A stretch of DNA of 62,076 nt, taken from assembly GCF_011745625.1 (NCBI RefSeq), contig NW_027191480.1, forward strand, positions 248,001-310,076, given 5' to 3'. The position numbers and the translations under genes were made by a program. The notes beneath the pieces are model-generated. The model was not told the origin of the DNA. It did not search any database and saw only the letters and a list, made by a program, of their open reading frames with translations. Shown here in pieces: positions 11,149 through 21,721 of the stretch. The stretch comes from Cladosporium halotolerans (taxonomy: Eukaryota). Position 1 is the first letter of the stretch, and each line of letters begins with the position of its first letter.

Positions 11149-13703
11149 TGTGTGATGATCAGCAAAGGGTCATGGCCGTGGAAGAGGCCCCCAAGGTCTC
11201 AGGATGGGTCCGGCGCCGGAAATAGCCCAGGACGGCCACGAAACGCTATGTATATCAATCGAGGAGCTACGCGGTGAAAGGAACGTACCCTGACATGCGC
11301 GCTAAGTCGTGCAGGCGCCGGGATGTCTTTGTAGCTTCACACCTCGACCTTCCCTCCGGAAACATTCATGCGCTTAAGCCCCGCGTTCGTCACGGCAAGA
11401 TGAGCTGCTGTGTAGCGGTGTTGATGCAGGCAGCCGCGCTGGTAGGTAACCTCGAGCAAATGCACAAGGACAGTGCCTGCAGAAATGTGCAGAAACAGCA
11501 GAACACGGAGCTTCGATGCAGGAGAAGGAACAGTGTGAAGCAGCAAAGAGGCTGGCGTCGACGTAATTTGGCCGCGCCAAATCAGAGCCAGGCGCGTAAC
11601 TGCAAGAGGGAACAGGACGTCGCCTGCGGGCTCGCCACAATATCAGTACATCGGGGCACGTCCAGCGCAACAGCGTCCAGCAAGGAAGCGGCTAGACGAC
11701 ACGTCTAAAAGGCTGGGAAATGGGCGCGAGGGCACCTATGAAGGACAGTATCGACCCTGGACGGTCGCCATTCGTCGAGCCGGCAAGCCAGACCAGTGCA
11801 GATGGGTCTTGGGGTCTTCAAGACTAATGGGACCCTGCCTACGGGCGGCAGAGGGCGGCAGCCGTCGAGTATGGCTTCCACGCATCACGAACAGCGTTTC
11901 GTGTGCCTATGCACGTAGAGTACGCCAGACAAATGGGGCAGCAGGCGAGCGAGTAAAGTCGTGCGTCCAAGGCTCTTCTGCAGAGCCATTGGTTGGGCGT
12001 TCCTGCAGCTAGGAATCCTAGTGCGTCGACTGGCAAGCCACCATCACATCTTCATCTAGACCGCCGGCACGCCGTCCGGTTGATATGCTCGTTGAAGGTG
12101 AGGCTCAATGATATCCGTTTGATAAAGCTTCATATCCCGCGCGGCGGAGTTTGGATGACAGTCCCACAGTGCTTGACTCGGAGAAATACTCCCACTGGCA
12201 CGGATGAGACCTGAAGAACGTGAGCGCCAGGGGCGGCGGCCTCGTGCACCTCGGCTCGGAGAGGGCAGGGCATCCCAAGCACCTGGAACCCCCGTCTCTG
12301 CGTCGGAGAAAGCTGCATCTCCCATCGGACCTGCTTGTGCCTCGCTGCGGGCACTTTGTCTGCTGCTGCTGCTCTGTCGTGATACCGAGTGTGCGACGGC
12401 TGATGGGCATGGCCGCATGCAAGCGACGTGAGAGCAGTTGCGTTCCGGGGCAAGGCCGGCCCGGCGAGCTTGCCGCCATCCTCGCGCGTCTCCACTTGTG
12501 CGCTGCACGCGCTACAGAAGCACGGCGATCTAATCCTGTCTCGCCTCCATAGCACTCATGCCCGCATGCTTCCTATGGCATGGCTGGGCGGATATGAGAT
12601 GCTATATGACCCCGTCAAGCCTTCAGCGCACATAGCATGCCATTGAATCTTCCTCCGCCAAATCCATCTCCATTGACGACTACGCCGAAGCGAGCTGACA
12701 ACGCATGTGCAACATGCTCTCGCTACGCGCCGAGGCTTCATAGATCGTCCACAATAATAGAGGATTGTGACGAGCGCAAGCTAGATCGCCGTAGTGCAAA
12801 GAAGCGTACCAGACTTGACATCGACCGGGTGCCACGACTGGTTCTCAGCATTCGCTGGCGCGGAGCTCCGTCGACGACAGATACATTAGATTCGACGTCG
12901 CATCCTGTCAAAGCTGCGAACGTGAAATGGCGCCAGCACATCCCTCCCTCTGCCTCCACGGCAAGGTCCACCAGCCCGTCATCGCATCACCCTTTCGCTC
13001 AACCCAGGCGAATACGACCCAGATTCGATACCAATAATCCCACTCCCCAGTCTATATTCGCCATCTCCCATCCCATCCCACTCCCCACGATGCCTCCTCC
13101 CTCACCAATCCCTCTCTCCCCACCCCGCCTCCCAGCGCCCCAGCACAAGCAAACACGAGCCCTACCAGGTCCAGGGCTCGACGCAGCCTGCACGCGCGAA
13201 GAAAAAAACAAGCCACCGCACGTAGACGGCTGGCCGTGAGTCAACGACCGCCCGCAGCCAGACAGGCCAACGGCAAGACGGACAGCGCAGGACAGCTCAT
13301 GCGCTACGCGGCGTGCCTTGCAGTTCCTGACCTGACCTGCTTTCTCGCGCGAGTCCATGCTGTCCAACGACGGCCTTCTTGGCGCGACGAGCAGCGCAGC
13401 GCAGTGCCGGTGGAGGCAGGAGTGGAGTGGAGGTGGTGGGCGATGTGCATGCATACGCCGTCACGTGTCGGCTGTGTGGGTGGGCTGGGCTTTGTGGAGC
13501 AAGCTGCGCTCGCTCGAGTCACGAGCGGCGGTCACGGTCACGGTCAGGACGTCAAGTCACGATGGAAGCAGCGGAACGTGTTTTGTCAACGATGACTCGC
13601 AAATAGCATACTGCTGCCTGCCTGTGGACAGGTCAGGGGGGGTATATCGGGTATCTCGCATAAACAAAAAAGCAACTGATGAACAAGGAAGGAAAACCGG
13701 CTT

Positions 13704-13726
13704 GCTCGCTCGCTCGCTCGCTCGCT
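13704..13726. repeat. (GCTC)n microsatellite; a second array lies at 13884-13900
   Basis: gctcgctcgctcgctcgctcgct read directly. Confidence 0.9.
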
Positions 13727-14475
13727 GGCCAACCCCACACTCCTCGCATCCCACGCCCGTCAATCCCACCACTGACAGCGCGCTCTTAAGCGCCCGCCCC
13801 CTTGTACTCGCACAGGGCCCCAAGGGAGTCACGGGTCGGCCTCCCGCCGCCTGATCTCCCGCCTCCGGTCTTCCTGCTCTCATGCTCGCTCGCTCGCTCG
13901 ACTCTCCACGTTCCCTTGCGTCGTGCCACCGCGCACGGTGCGATCGGCATATAGCAGCAACGCACGCAACGTGCGGGTTTCTCGACCGCGTCCGCTGCGG
14001 CCGGCCGGCAGACCGCTCTCGTTCGCGGCCCGGACACTCTTCGCGCTGCAAGGCGCAGCGGGGAGCGCTGTGCCGGTCGCGCACGGTGGCGTTCAACGGT
14101 CTGCGGAGCATGTTGCAGGCGGCTGGATTGGGGAGTGCCAGTCAGTGCCTCCGAGGCGGTGATGCCGGAGGAAGCGTTTCGCAGTGCCGGGGCCCTGGTG
14201 ACCGTTCATCTACTGCGACCAAGGAGTCGGGACTGCGGGACTTGGTGTCGGGCAGCAATGCGAATGGGATGCGGCGCCGGGCGTTGCGGTGTGATGGGTT
14301 TGGTGAGGTGGTCGAGGAGGCTAATAATAATTCTCAAGCGGTAGACCGCTTGCCGCGTTGGGACGACCTTGTTTGGTCATCGATCTAGGCTGGACCAGTC
14401 GGTCGGGTTTGGTCGGTAAATTGGTAGTTGGTTGGTGGATTGTCGCTGACTCACGACGTCCAATGCACAGCTTCT

Positions 14476-14805
14476 TCAAGGCTTGACGGGCTTGAAAGAC
14501 GAGCTGCGGCTGGACTTGGTGACCGGCGGCAGCAGCGGGCGTGCCAGCCAGGCTGCTGCGGGACGCGGAGGAGAGGGCGCGCTGCGCATGCAGGGCGCGT
14601 CGTCTGCGCCGAGGAGGTCGTCATCGCTCACGTACGCGCTGGGTCGCTCGCTGCTGGGTCGTCGCATCGATGAGCTGAAGGGTTGGCAGGCGCTGGGAGT
14701 CGGGCGGAGGTTGGAGGAGGCGATGGAGAGACTTGATGATCGGCTGGCGATCGAAATAGGGCTGCTGGACGGCGTAGAGCCGCGACTGCTCTGAGAGAAA
14801 GACAT
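14476..14805 (-). CDS. Small Ser/Pro-rich protein (109 aa) with SAYVSDDDL motif
   Basis: ATG in caaaacgaaATGtct context after a C/A-rich leader, C-biased codons. Resembles small ascomycete hypothetical proteins as I recall them (unverified). Confidence 0.65.
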   Translation of the reverse strand: MSFSQSSRGSTPSSSPISIASRSSSLSIASSNLRPTPSACQPFSSSMRRPSSERPSAYVSDDDLLGADDAPCMRSAPSPPRPAAAWLARPLLPPVTKSSRSSSFKPVKP

Positions 14806-14898
14806 TTCGTTTTGACGTTGTCGTCGATAATGATGTTGATGTGGCGAGGTGTTAAATATGGTCGAGTAGGAACTCGTCGAGGTGGATGCGTCAGATAC

Positions 14899-14952
14899 TC
14901 AGGGATCCAGATATTCGATAGATTCGCTCGCGAGGAGGCGGCAGGCAGTCAT
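14899..14952 (-). other. Candidate uORF (MTACRLLASESIEYLDP*) in the leader of the small Ser-rich gene
   Basis: ATG at 14952 and TGA at 14901-14899, ending 93 nt before the main ATG. It lies downstream of a pyrimidine-rich, TSS-like region near 15130-15180. Confidence 0.3.
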
Positions 14953-17900
14953 TAATAGACTGATCGCCGGGCGAGCAAGGCGGTAAGGTCGAGTGTGCGT
15001 TGCACTCAGCTGACTATGCAGAGTGGAAGGAGGTGTACAGGCGGATGACAGCTCCGTGTGAGACAGGTAAACAAAGGGAGTCGGTCTCCTGCCGCGTCCA
15101 GCTGGATGCTATATCGAGGCAAGGGTGCAGAGCAGTTGGGGAGTCTGGGGAAGGGAGGAGAGATCGGACGATGAATATATCAAGTGAACGACGGGTCGAG
15201 CAGGGCGCGCGAAAAGCTTGCCGTTGTCTTGAAGAAAACTACTCTAACGGCCGTCATGTTTTCTTCCGCCTCGCCTCTCGTTCCGACGGAAAAAACACGG
15301 CGGCACACCCGCGTCGAGTGTGGGGAGGGAAACTCTCGTGGCGGGTACCGCATGTATGATGATGAGACGGGGCGTGTGCTCGCAATAACGAGGGCCCGCA
15401 TTTTGGCCGAGAGTCGACCTTTTGGCTTTGGGGAGGGCGCGCCGAGGGAGCGCCAGCGGCGTCCGCCCTGAAGCCGGCGTATGGCCGAGGGAGGGCGGAG
15501 GGCACATTTTGGCAGTACTCACAGCTCTCAGGGCGGGTGCTGGCTCTGGCTGGAGCGGCGCGACGGCTGATCTGACCGGCTCGTGGGCACCGTCGGCTGC
15601 GTGCCCGGCGACAGCCATCACCGCCATCCGCCCACGCACCCACGCATCTGCCCTCTGCGCATCCACTCGTCCACCAGTCCACTCGTCCTCCCACTCCCGC
15701 GCGCGACTGGGCAGGCCTCGGCGACCGGCTGATTCAGGCCTCCTTTCACATGTCTGCCCGCGTCCTCCGCGCGCCAGTCGTAGCGACGGCTGCTATTGAT
15801 ACGTGATGGCGGTGGACCCGCCACCCCCGTCGCGCATAGCTGCCATCTCGTGAACAACTCCCGTGTATATGTCGATCAGCCAGCTCGCGGCATCCGCGGC
15901 GTGGGCGCGTCCACCGCTCGCCTGACCGCGCCGGGTGTGGTCAGCCTGCTTGCCGTTCTCGTTGCCCTGCGGCAGACGCGGCGATGTCTTTCCGTGGACG
16001 ATGACTCTCCACGCCAGCGAGGGAGGGCGGGTGGTGTGAGACGCCAGCTCCAGCAACGCGGCAGAATGCCATTCTCGGGTCCACCAGCAAGGTTTGCCTT
16101 CGGGAAAATCAGGAAGCCAGCGACAGAGGCGTGCGGAGTGAAAAGCTTGGGTTGATCTTCTTCCACGTTACTTCTCGAAGTAACTCCAACCCTACGGCGC
16201 GAGCCAGACCGACTTCCACATGCTGCGCTGAACTCTCTGCTGTCGGCCGTATACCGACCATTTCGCGAGGATGTCCCTAAACAGCCCGTTTCCGAAACAA
16301 TGCTTCGCTTGACGACGGTATCGACTCGAGACATCTGCTTCACACTACTGAACCCAGCCGTGCCAGCCATCTCACCCACATGCCCTCCGCTATACAACCG
16401 CTGTGTCGGTGCACAGTCCATACGAATTGGCCCAGGACATCTGCCGAGCAATTTCCGTGACCCTGAACCGAACTCAACCCACCCACTTACCCGACCGTGC
16501 TGTCACAGCTGTCATCAGCCCTGTCTCCCCATAAGCGATCTGTACCCGGATGCTGTTAGTAGCGTCAGTGGAGGCTGACCCTTGTGGAGAATTTCGAGTT
16601 GCAGATGGATCTATCCCACACCAGCTTTCCCACTTCATCGGGTCAATTAACCGGCAAGCCTCCAGCGTGAAGTCTCGACGGCCAGACAGTGCTGTAGCCG
16701 ACGAAGAAGGCAAGTGCCTCCATCCAGTTCTTCGCCATCGCGGGGCGAACGCCATGTTCGTGGGTTTCTCCGCGACATCTGTACTGCGCGCCGAGGCGTC
16801 GCAACCGTGTCCTCCCGCTAGCCAAACCCTCTTCCATCAAACCGATCCGCAGCCACTGTTGAGGGTTCTCGGACATCGGCCGCGAAGTGGTATCTATGAC
16901 CTACCGTAAAAGCATTGACAGCCGAGCAAGAACTCCTTCACACCCTTCCATCCGTGCATTGAAACAGCGGTCATCGTCCGGTGACAGAAATTTCCTTTTC
17001 CCCAGGAAACGCGCGAAACCCGCTGGCAAAATCCGCAAGCGCGTCCTTGTATGCAGACGCGCTCGCTTCGCGAACTCTCCTGCAAACCATGGAAGAACAC
17101 ACTCCGCGGCGAAATGGCGCACCTTTCTCCGCAAAAGTCTAAAAGCGCCAGAAGAACGGCGGGCGGTATTGCCATGCACTGAAGACAGCGGAGTAACTGA
17201 TACATAGATACAAGAGTACTGCACATCCGGAAATCTGGACTCTTCGCACCAAACACCCTCCCACCTGTACGGACTTCTGTCCTTCCTTGGCGGGTCCTGG
17301 CACGGTAATGTTTGACTTCGTCGATGACCGCTCTCTATACGATTTTGCTTCCGAGCATCGAGATCGCGGCGGGAATACAACTTTTGCGCATTCCCTTACG
17401 GCTGCGGATAATTGATGCGTCGCGCTCTCGTCACACATGACATGCACCCATATGTCGCGTTCCGACAACAGCCGCAAATGCTTGCTACCAAGCCGCATAC
17501 AAGATGCATTATTGTATCAATACTTGGCGGAGAGCCCTCCGCAGACGACCCAGGACTCCAAGCGGTGACGTACAGTACAGCGATGGAGCGAGATACATAC
17601 ATACAACAGTACCTTAGGGCATCGGCGTCTGTCGGCGATTGCTCTGCATTCAAGTCTCTACATCGTTCCAAACATACGGCGCCGCAGAGGAAACCAGCAC
17701 GCCTGACAATGACGCAATGCATACCAGACATCGCGTTTTGCATCCATCCATGCAATAATCTCCCACCCCAATCCCACGCACGGAGTCACCTCCATCCAGA
17801 ATCCCACCCCTGCCCTCACACACAGATACTCTAAGCCACAGCACGTGCGTCCCACGCACACACAGTACTCTACAAAAAATACGTACAGTGCAATGACCGC

Positions 17901-17965
17901 CCTCCCAGCCCCCTACGCCCACACGTCACGCTCCCAAACCACCGGACACCCTCTCCCATCCCCCC

Positions 17966-20738
17966 TCAGAGCGTCACGTTCCCACTCAGCGGCACGTCCA
18001 GCACGCTCCTCCCCACGAACACTCCCATCTCCCCTTCAGGCACGATCCAAGCCTGCCGCCCCACGTCCCAGCGACTGACGTCTTTGCGCCGCAGCGCGAA
18101 CGTGACCCGCGCGGATTCTTGGGGCTGCAAGAGCAGTTTCTGGAAGCCGCGCAGGGCGCGCGTGTTCGCTCTCTCTGCGTCTGAGTCTGTGCCGTTGACG
18201 GAGGGGACCAGCAGGTACAGCTGCGCGACCTCGGCCGCGGCCACGGCGCCTGTGTTCGTTATCGTTGCGGAGACGGAGCCTGCGCTGTCGAAGAGCGAGG
18301 CGAGGCCGCCGACGAGGATGGAGGGGTCGGAGGCGGAGTTCTGCGTCGTGCCGTTTGCGTAGACGGGGGCGCTTTCTGCGCTCTCGCTCGTGGCTGTCGC
18401 GTTGATGGCAGTCTGCAAGTCGCTGTACTCGAACGAGCTGTAGGTAAGCCCGTAGCCGAAGGCGTACTGTGGCGTGATGTCTCCGGCCAGGAAGTGGCGG
18501 TAGTCGATGTTTACCCCTTCGCTGAAATCGCACTGCGGCGACTCGCTGCCTTTCGCCTCGCAGGGCGCGAGAAGGGCGCCGTAGTCTGCTGCGCGCTTCG
18601 CGACGGTGTACGGCAGGCGGCCGGAGGGGCTTTCGTCGCCGTAGAGGATGCGGGCGAGAGCGCGGCCGGCGTCCTGCCCGGGGAGGTGGGCGTAGATGAT
18701 GGCTGTGACGTTGGGGTTGTCGGCGAAGGCGTCGACGAGGCGGGTGCCGGCGTTGTGGATTGTCACGATGGTGTTGTTGCATTTCGAGGCGACGTTAGTG
18801 ACGAGCGTGTCGCTTGCTTCGTCGGCCAGGTTGGGGCGGTCGAAGATTTCGGTCGAGAAGGCGTTGATGAAGACGAGGCAGGCGTCGGAGCTTGAGACGA
18901 CTGTTGGGTCGGTGGAGGCGAAGTCGCTCCAGAGTGCTGTGCCGTCCTCGTAGGCTCGTTGCGCGATGGCATCGTAGGGACTGCTGATGTAGGCGGGCAC
19001 GTTCGAGCCCGAACCTCCTCCCACGAGCAGCACACCGTTGTAGGTTGCAGGTGGGCTTTCTACAGGAGCATTCGAGCCGATTTGCTGCGCTTGGTCAGTC
19101 GTGAAGTTGACGCCTATCCAGCTCTGTGTCCAAGAGTCAGGCGCTCCGGCAACGTTAGCTTCTGGAGCAGGATTGGCGGCCCAAGCAGACGTGGCGTCGT
19201 ATCCGAAGATCGAAAGAGTCTTTGGCTTGCGAAGAGGTAGGGCATTGTTGACGTTTTTGACAAGAACATGGCTTTCGATGGCTTGCTGCAGAAGCGAAGG
19301 CCTAGCGGCTGGATCCTTTGCGTCGATGTATTCGTGCGGAAGTGCAATATTGGCTGGTAGACCGACGCCAAACTTAGGGGCATCTGGGTCGTCCTGTCCA
19401 AACTGGTACCATGTTGCGATCGTTCTGATTGCCATGTCCTCCAGGCGTGTTCGGTTCAGCCCGTTGTCGACCATGTCTGCAAGCCGACCTTCTGCCCACC
19501 ATCTGGAGTCTGGCATCGCCATGTCGAGTCCGGCATTCGCAGATGGCAGGCCGCTGTGCTGGGCTACCCAGTCCGAGACAACCTGGAAGACAGGTCAGCC
19601 AACGTTTCTTATGTGATTTGGTTGTCACGTACGAAGCCTTGGAAATTAAGCTCGCCTTTCAAAAGGCCATTGATCGCCTTACTATTCTCACAGCCATACG
19701 TGCCGTTGATGCGATTGTAGCTGCACATCACCGATCCGACGCCAGCGTAAACGGCGTCTTGGAACGGCCACAAGTACATCTCATGCATCGTCTGATCGTC
19801 GACATTGGACGAGCTGCTTAGGACATCGCTGTCGCGGACAGGGTTGCGGTTCGTTTCTTGTTCCTACAAGTCGTCAGAATAGACCAATCTCGAGCTTCCC
19901 AGAATAAAATCTCACATTTGCAACAAAGTGCTTGACGCAAGCGATCACGCTCTCCTGTAGCCCTCGAATGGACTCCGCACCAAGGATTCCATCAGCGTAA
20001 GGATCCGCTGCGAAGCCTTCCCAATTGCGACCTGAGAACAATCAGCAAACTCCTCCCGAGGAAACACAGACACGATCAAACACCAACCACCAGTCGCAAT
20101 CCTCCCAATCGGCCCCACAACCGGCCCCAGCGCGACCTGCACACCCTTCGCCCTGAATTCCCTCCCCATGAACCTAGCTCTCTGGAACGCCAGCGAAGCG
20201 TTCCACGAAGCCCCGATCGAAATGCCCGAAGCGTAGGCATTGACGCCGTCCGTAGCTCGCACGCCGTTGCCCGCATCGTGCAAGCAGAGGCCCGGGAAAT
20301 CGAGGCGCGGGGCCGAGCCTGACTTGCCTACGCAGCCATTGTCGCCGTTGACGAACCCGAGCGTGACGTTGTTCATTTCCTCGAGCGTCATGTTGGAGAC
20401 GAGAGAGCGGGCCTTGTCGTAGGCGGTGGACCAGTTGCCGGCGCCGTAGCCTTGGGCTGTGCGTTGTTAGAAGCGTTAAATTTGTGTATTGGATGAATCA
20501 TGCCTGGTCACTCACGCGAAGGGTACAAAATCGGCGACGTCCATTCCGCTCTGGCGCCGTGGCGGTCTTTAAGGGCTATCAAGCCCAGCAGCGGGAGTAG
20601 GAGCAACAACATCGCGGCCGGGATGACGATGAGCTTGTGCTGGCGGCAGTAGATCCAGAACTTGGAGTTGACGAACTTCTGTCGTCTGGAGATCGCTTTC
20701 GTTTCGGAAGTGGCGGGATACTCGTCTTTCTCCTCCAT
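17966..20738 (-). CDS. Glycoside hydrolase family 3 beta-glucosidase with N-terminal signal-anchor, 851 aa. Exons 20738-20516, 20456-20088, 20031-19916, 19863-19633, 19582-17966
   Basis: GH3 motifs [36 protein letters not shown] (catalytic nucleophile), [16 protein letters not shown], and an FnIII-like C-terminus (EVAQLY...LRGFQK). Four introns restore the frame (2556 nt). Hydrophobic stretch [21 protein letters not shown] follows about 35 polar residues. Confidence 0.93.
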
Positions 20739-21721
20739 GAGGTTGCTGCTGTTCTTCAAGTAGGCAGCACGTAACGGGTGTTGATGCAGGAGCGGGTGGG
20801 AGGGCGCATCACCGATTGTCAGGTCAGCTTCGCGTTTGGTGAATTTGGAAACGAGTCCGTGATGAATACGAGTGATGTGAGACGTGAATGTCTTGGAAGA
20901 AGGGAAGTGTGGGAGTCAGTTGTTAAATGCCGTAACTCGTAAGACGTGAGGCTCTCCGGACCTCGCGTCCCTGTCGCATCCTTCCCCGTTTGATGCAGTT
21001 GATCGCCCCCCGCGCTCTCCCCAGCAACGGCGCGTGGAGAGGCGGGATCGACGCACGTGAAGCGCGCCATCAAAGCATGTGTCGCGGCCTAGCATCCTCG
21101 AAATAGGACGCCGCATCTTATATACAAACTCGAGATAGGTGTCGCTGCTCGTAGCTGTGTGAGACCATTATTCTGCAGGTGTCACGATACTATCTACACG
21201 TGTTCAGGCAATGCAATTTCCATTGAACAGTCTCTACGTAATTTGTTAGGCTTGCGAAGTGAGCTTCACTCCTGCTTAGCGATCGTTGACAGCAAATGTT
21301 CCTTTCAACTCGTTGCCTATTCAGAAGATCTGGTTCTATGCAATGACTTTCCAGTGATTTCACAAATCAATTTCCAAATCGGTCACAGACCCAACGAGCG
21401 AGCCTTTCATTCATACACGAAATAACTTACTCAACAAGTCTCTATGACCCATTCCAATCCAATCCAATCGTCCCAGTCGTGAAACAATCCCAACATCTAC
21501 ACTCCCCAAAAAGGAACCCAGCACACACATCACATCTCATCTCATCTCACCCCCTCCATCAATTTTCCCCAATGCATCCCAGTAACGCCAACCAACACAA
21601 CCAAAGAAAGAGAGAGTGGAAGAGCGAATAGCCCCCCGCTTCAAAATGCAAATATGCACGCTCGCTCGAAGCAACCAAACACAGACACATCGATCGCGTC
21701 ACGAAACCCTGCTCTCCTCCC

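Noticed and set aside
12637..13239. 200-aa Pro-rich ORF in the large intergenic region
   Set aside because: The Pro-richness follows from the C-rich half of a skew domain; no domain or codon signal.
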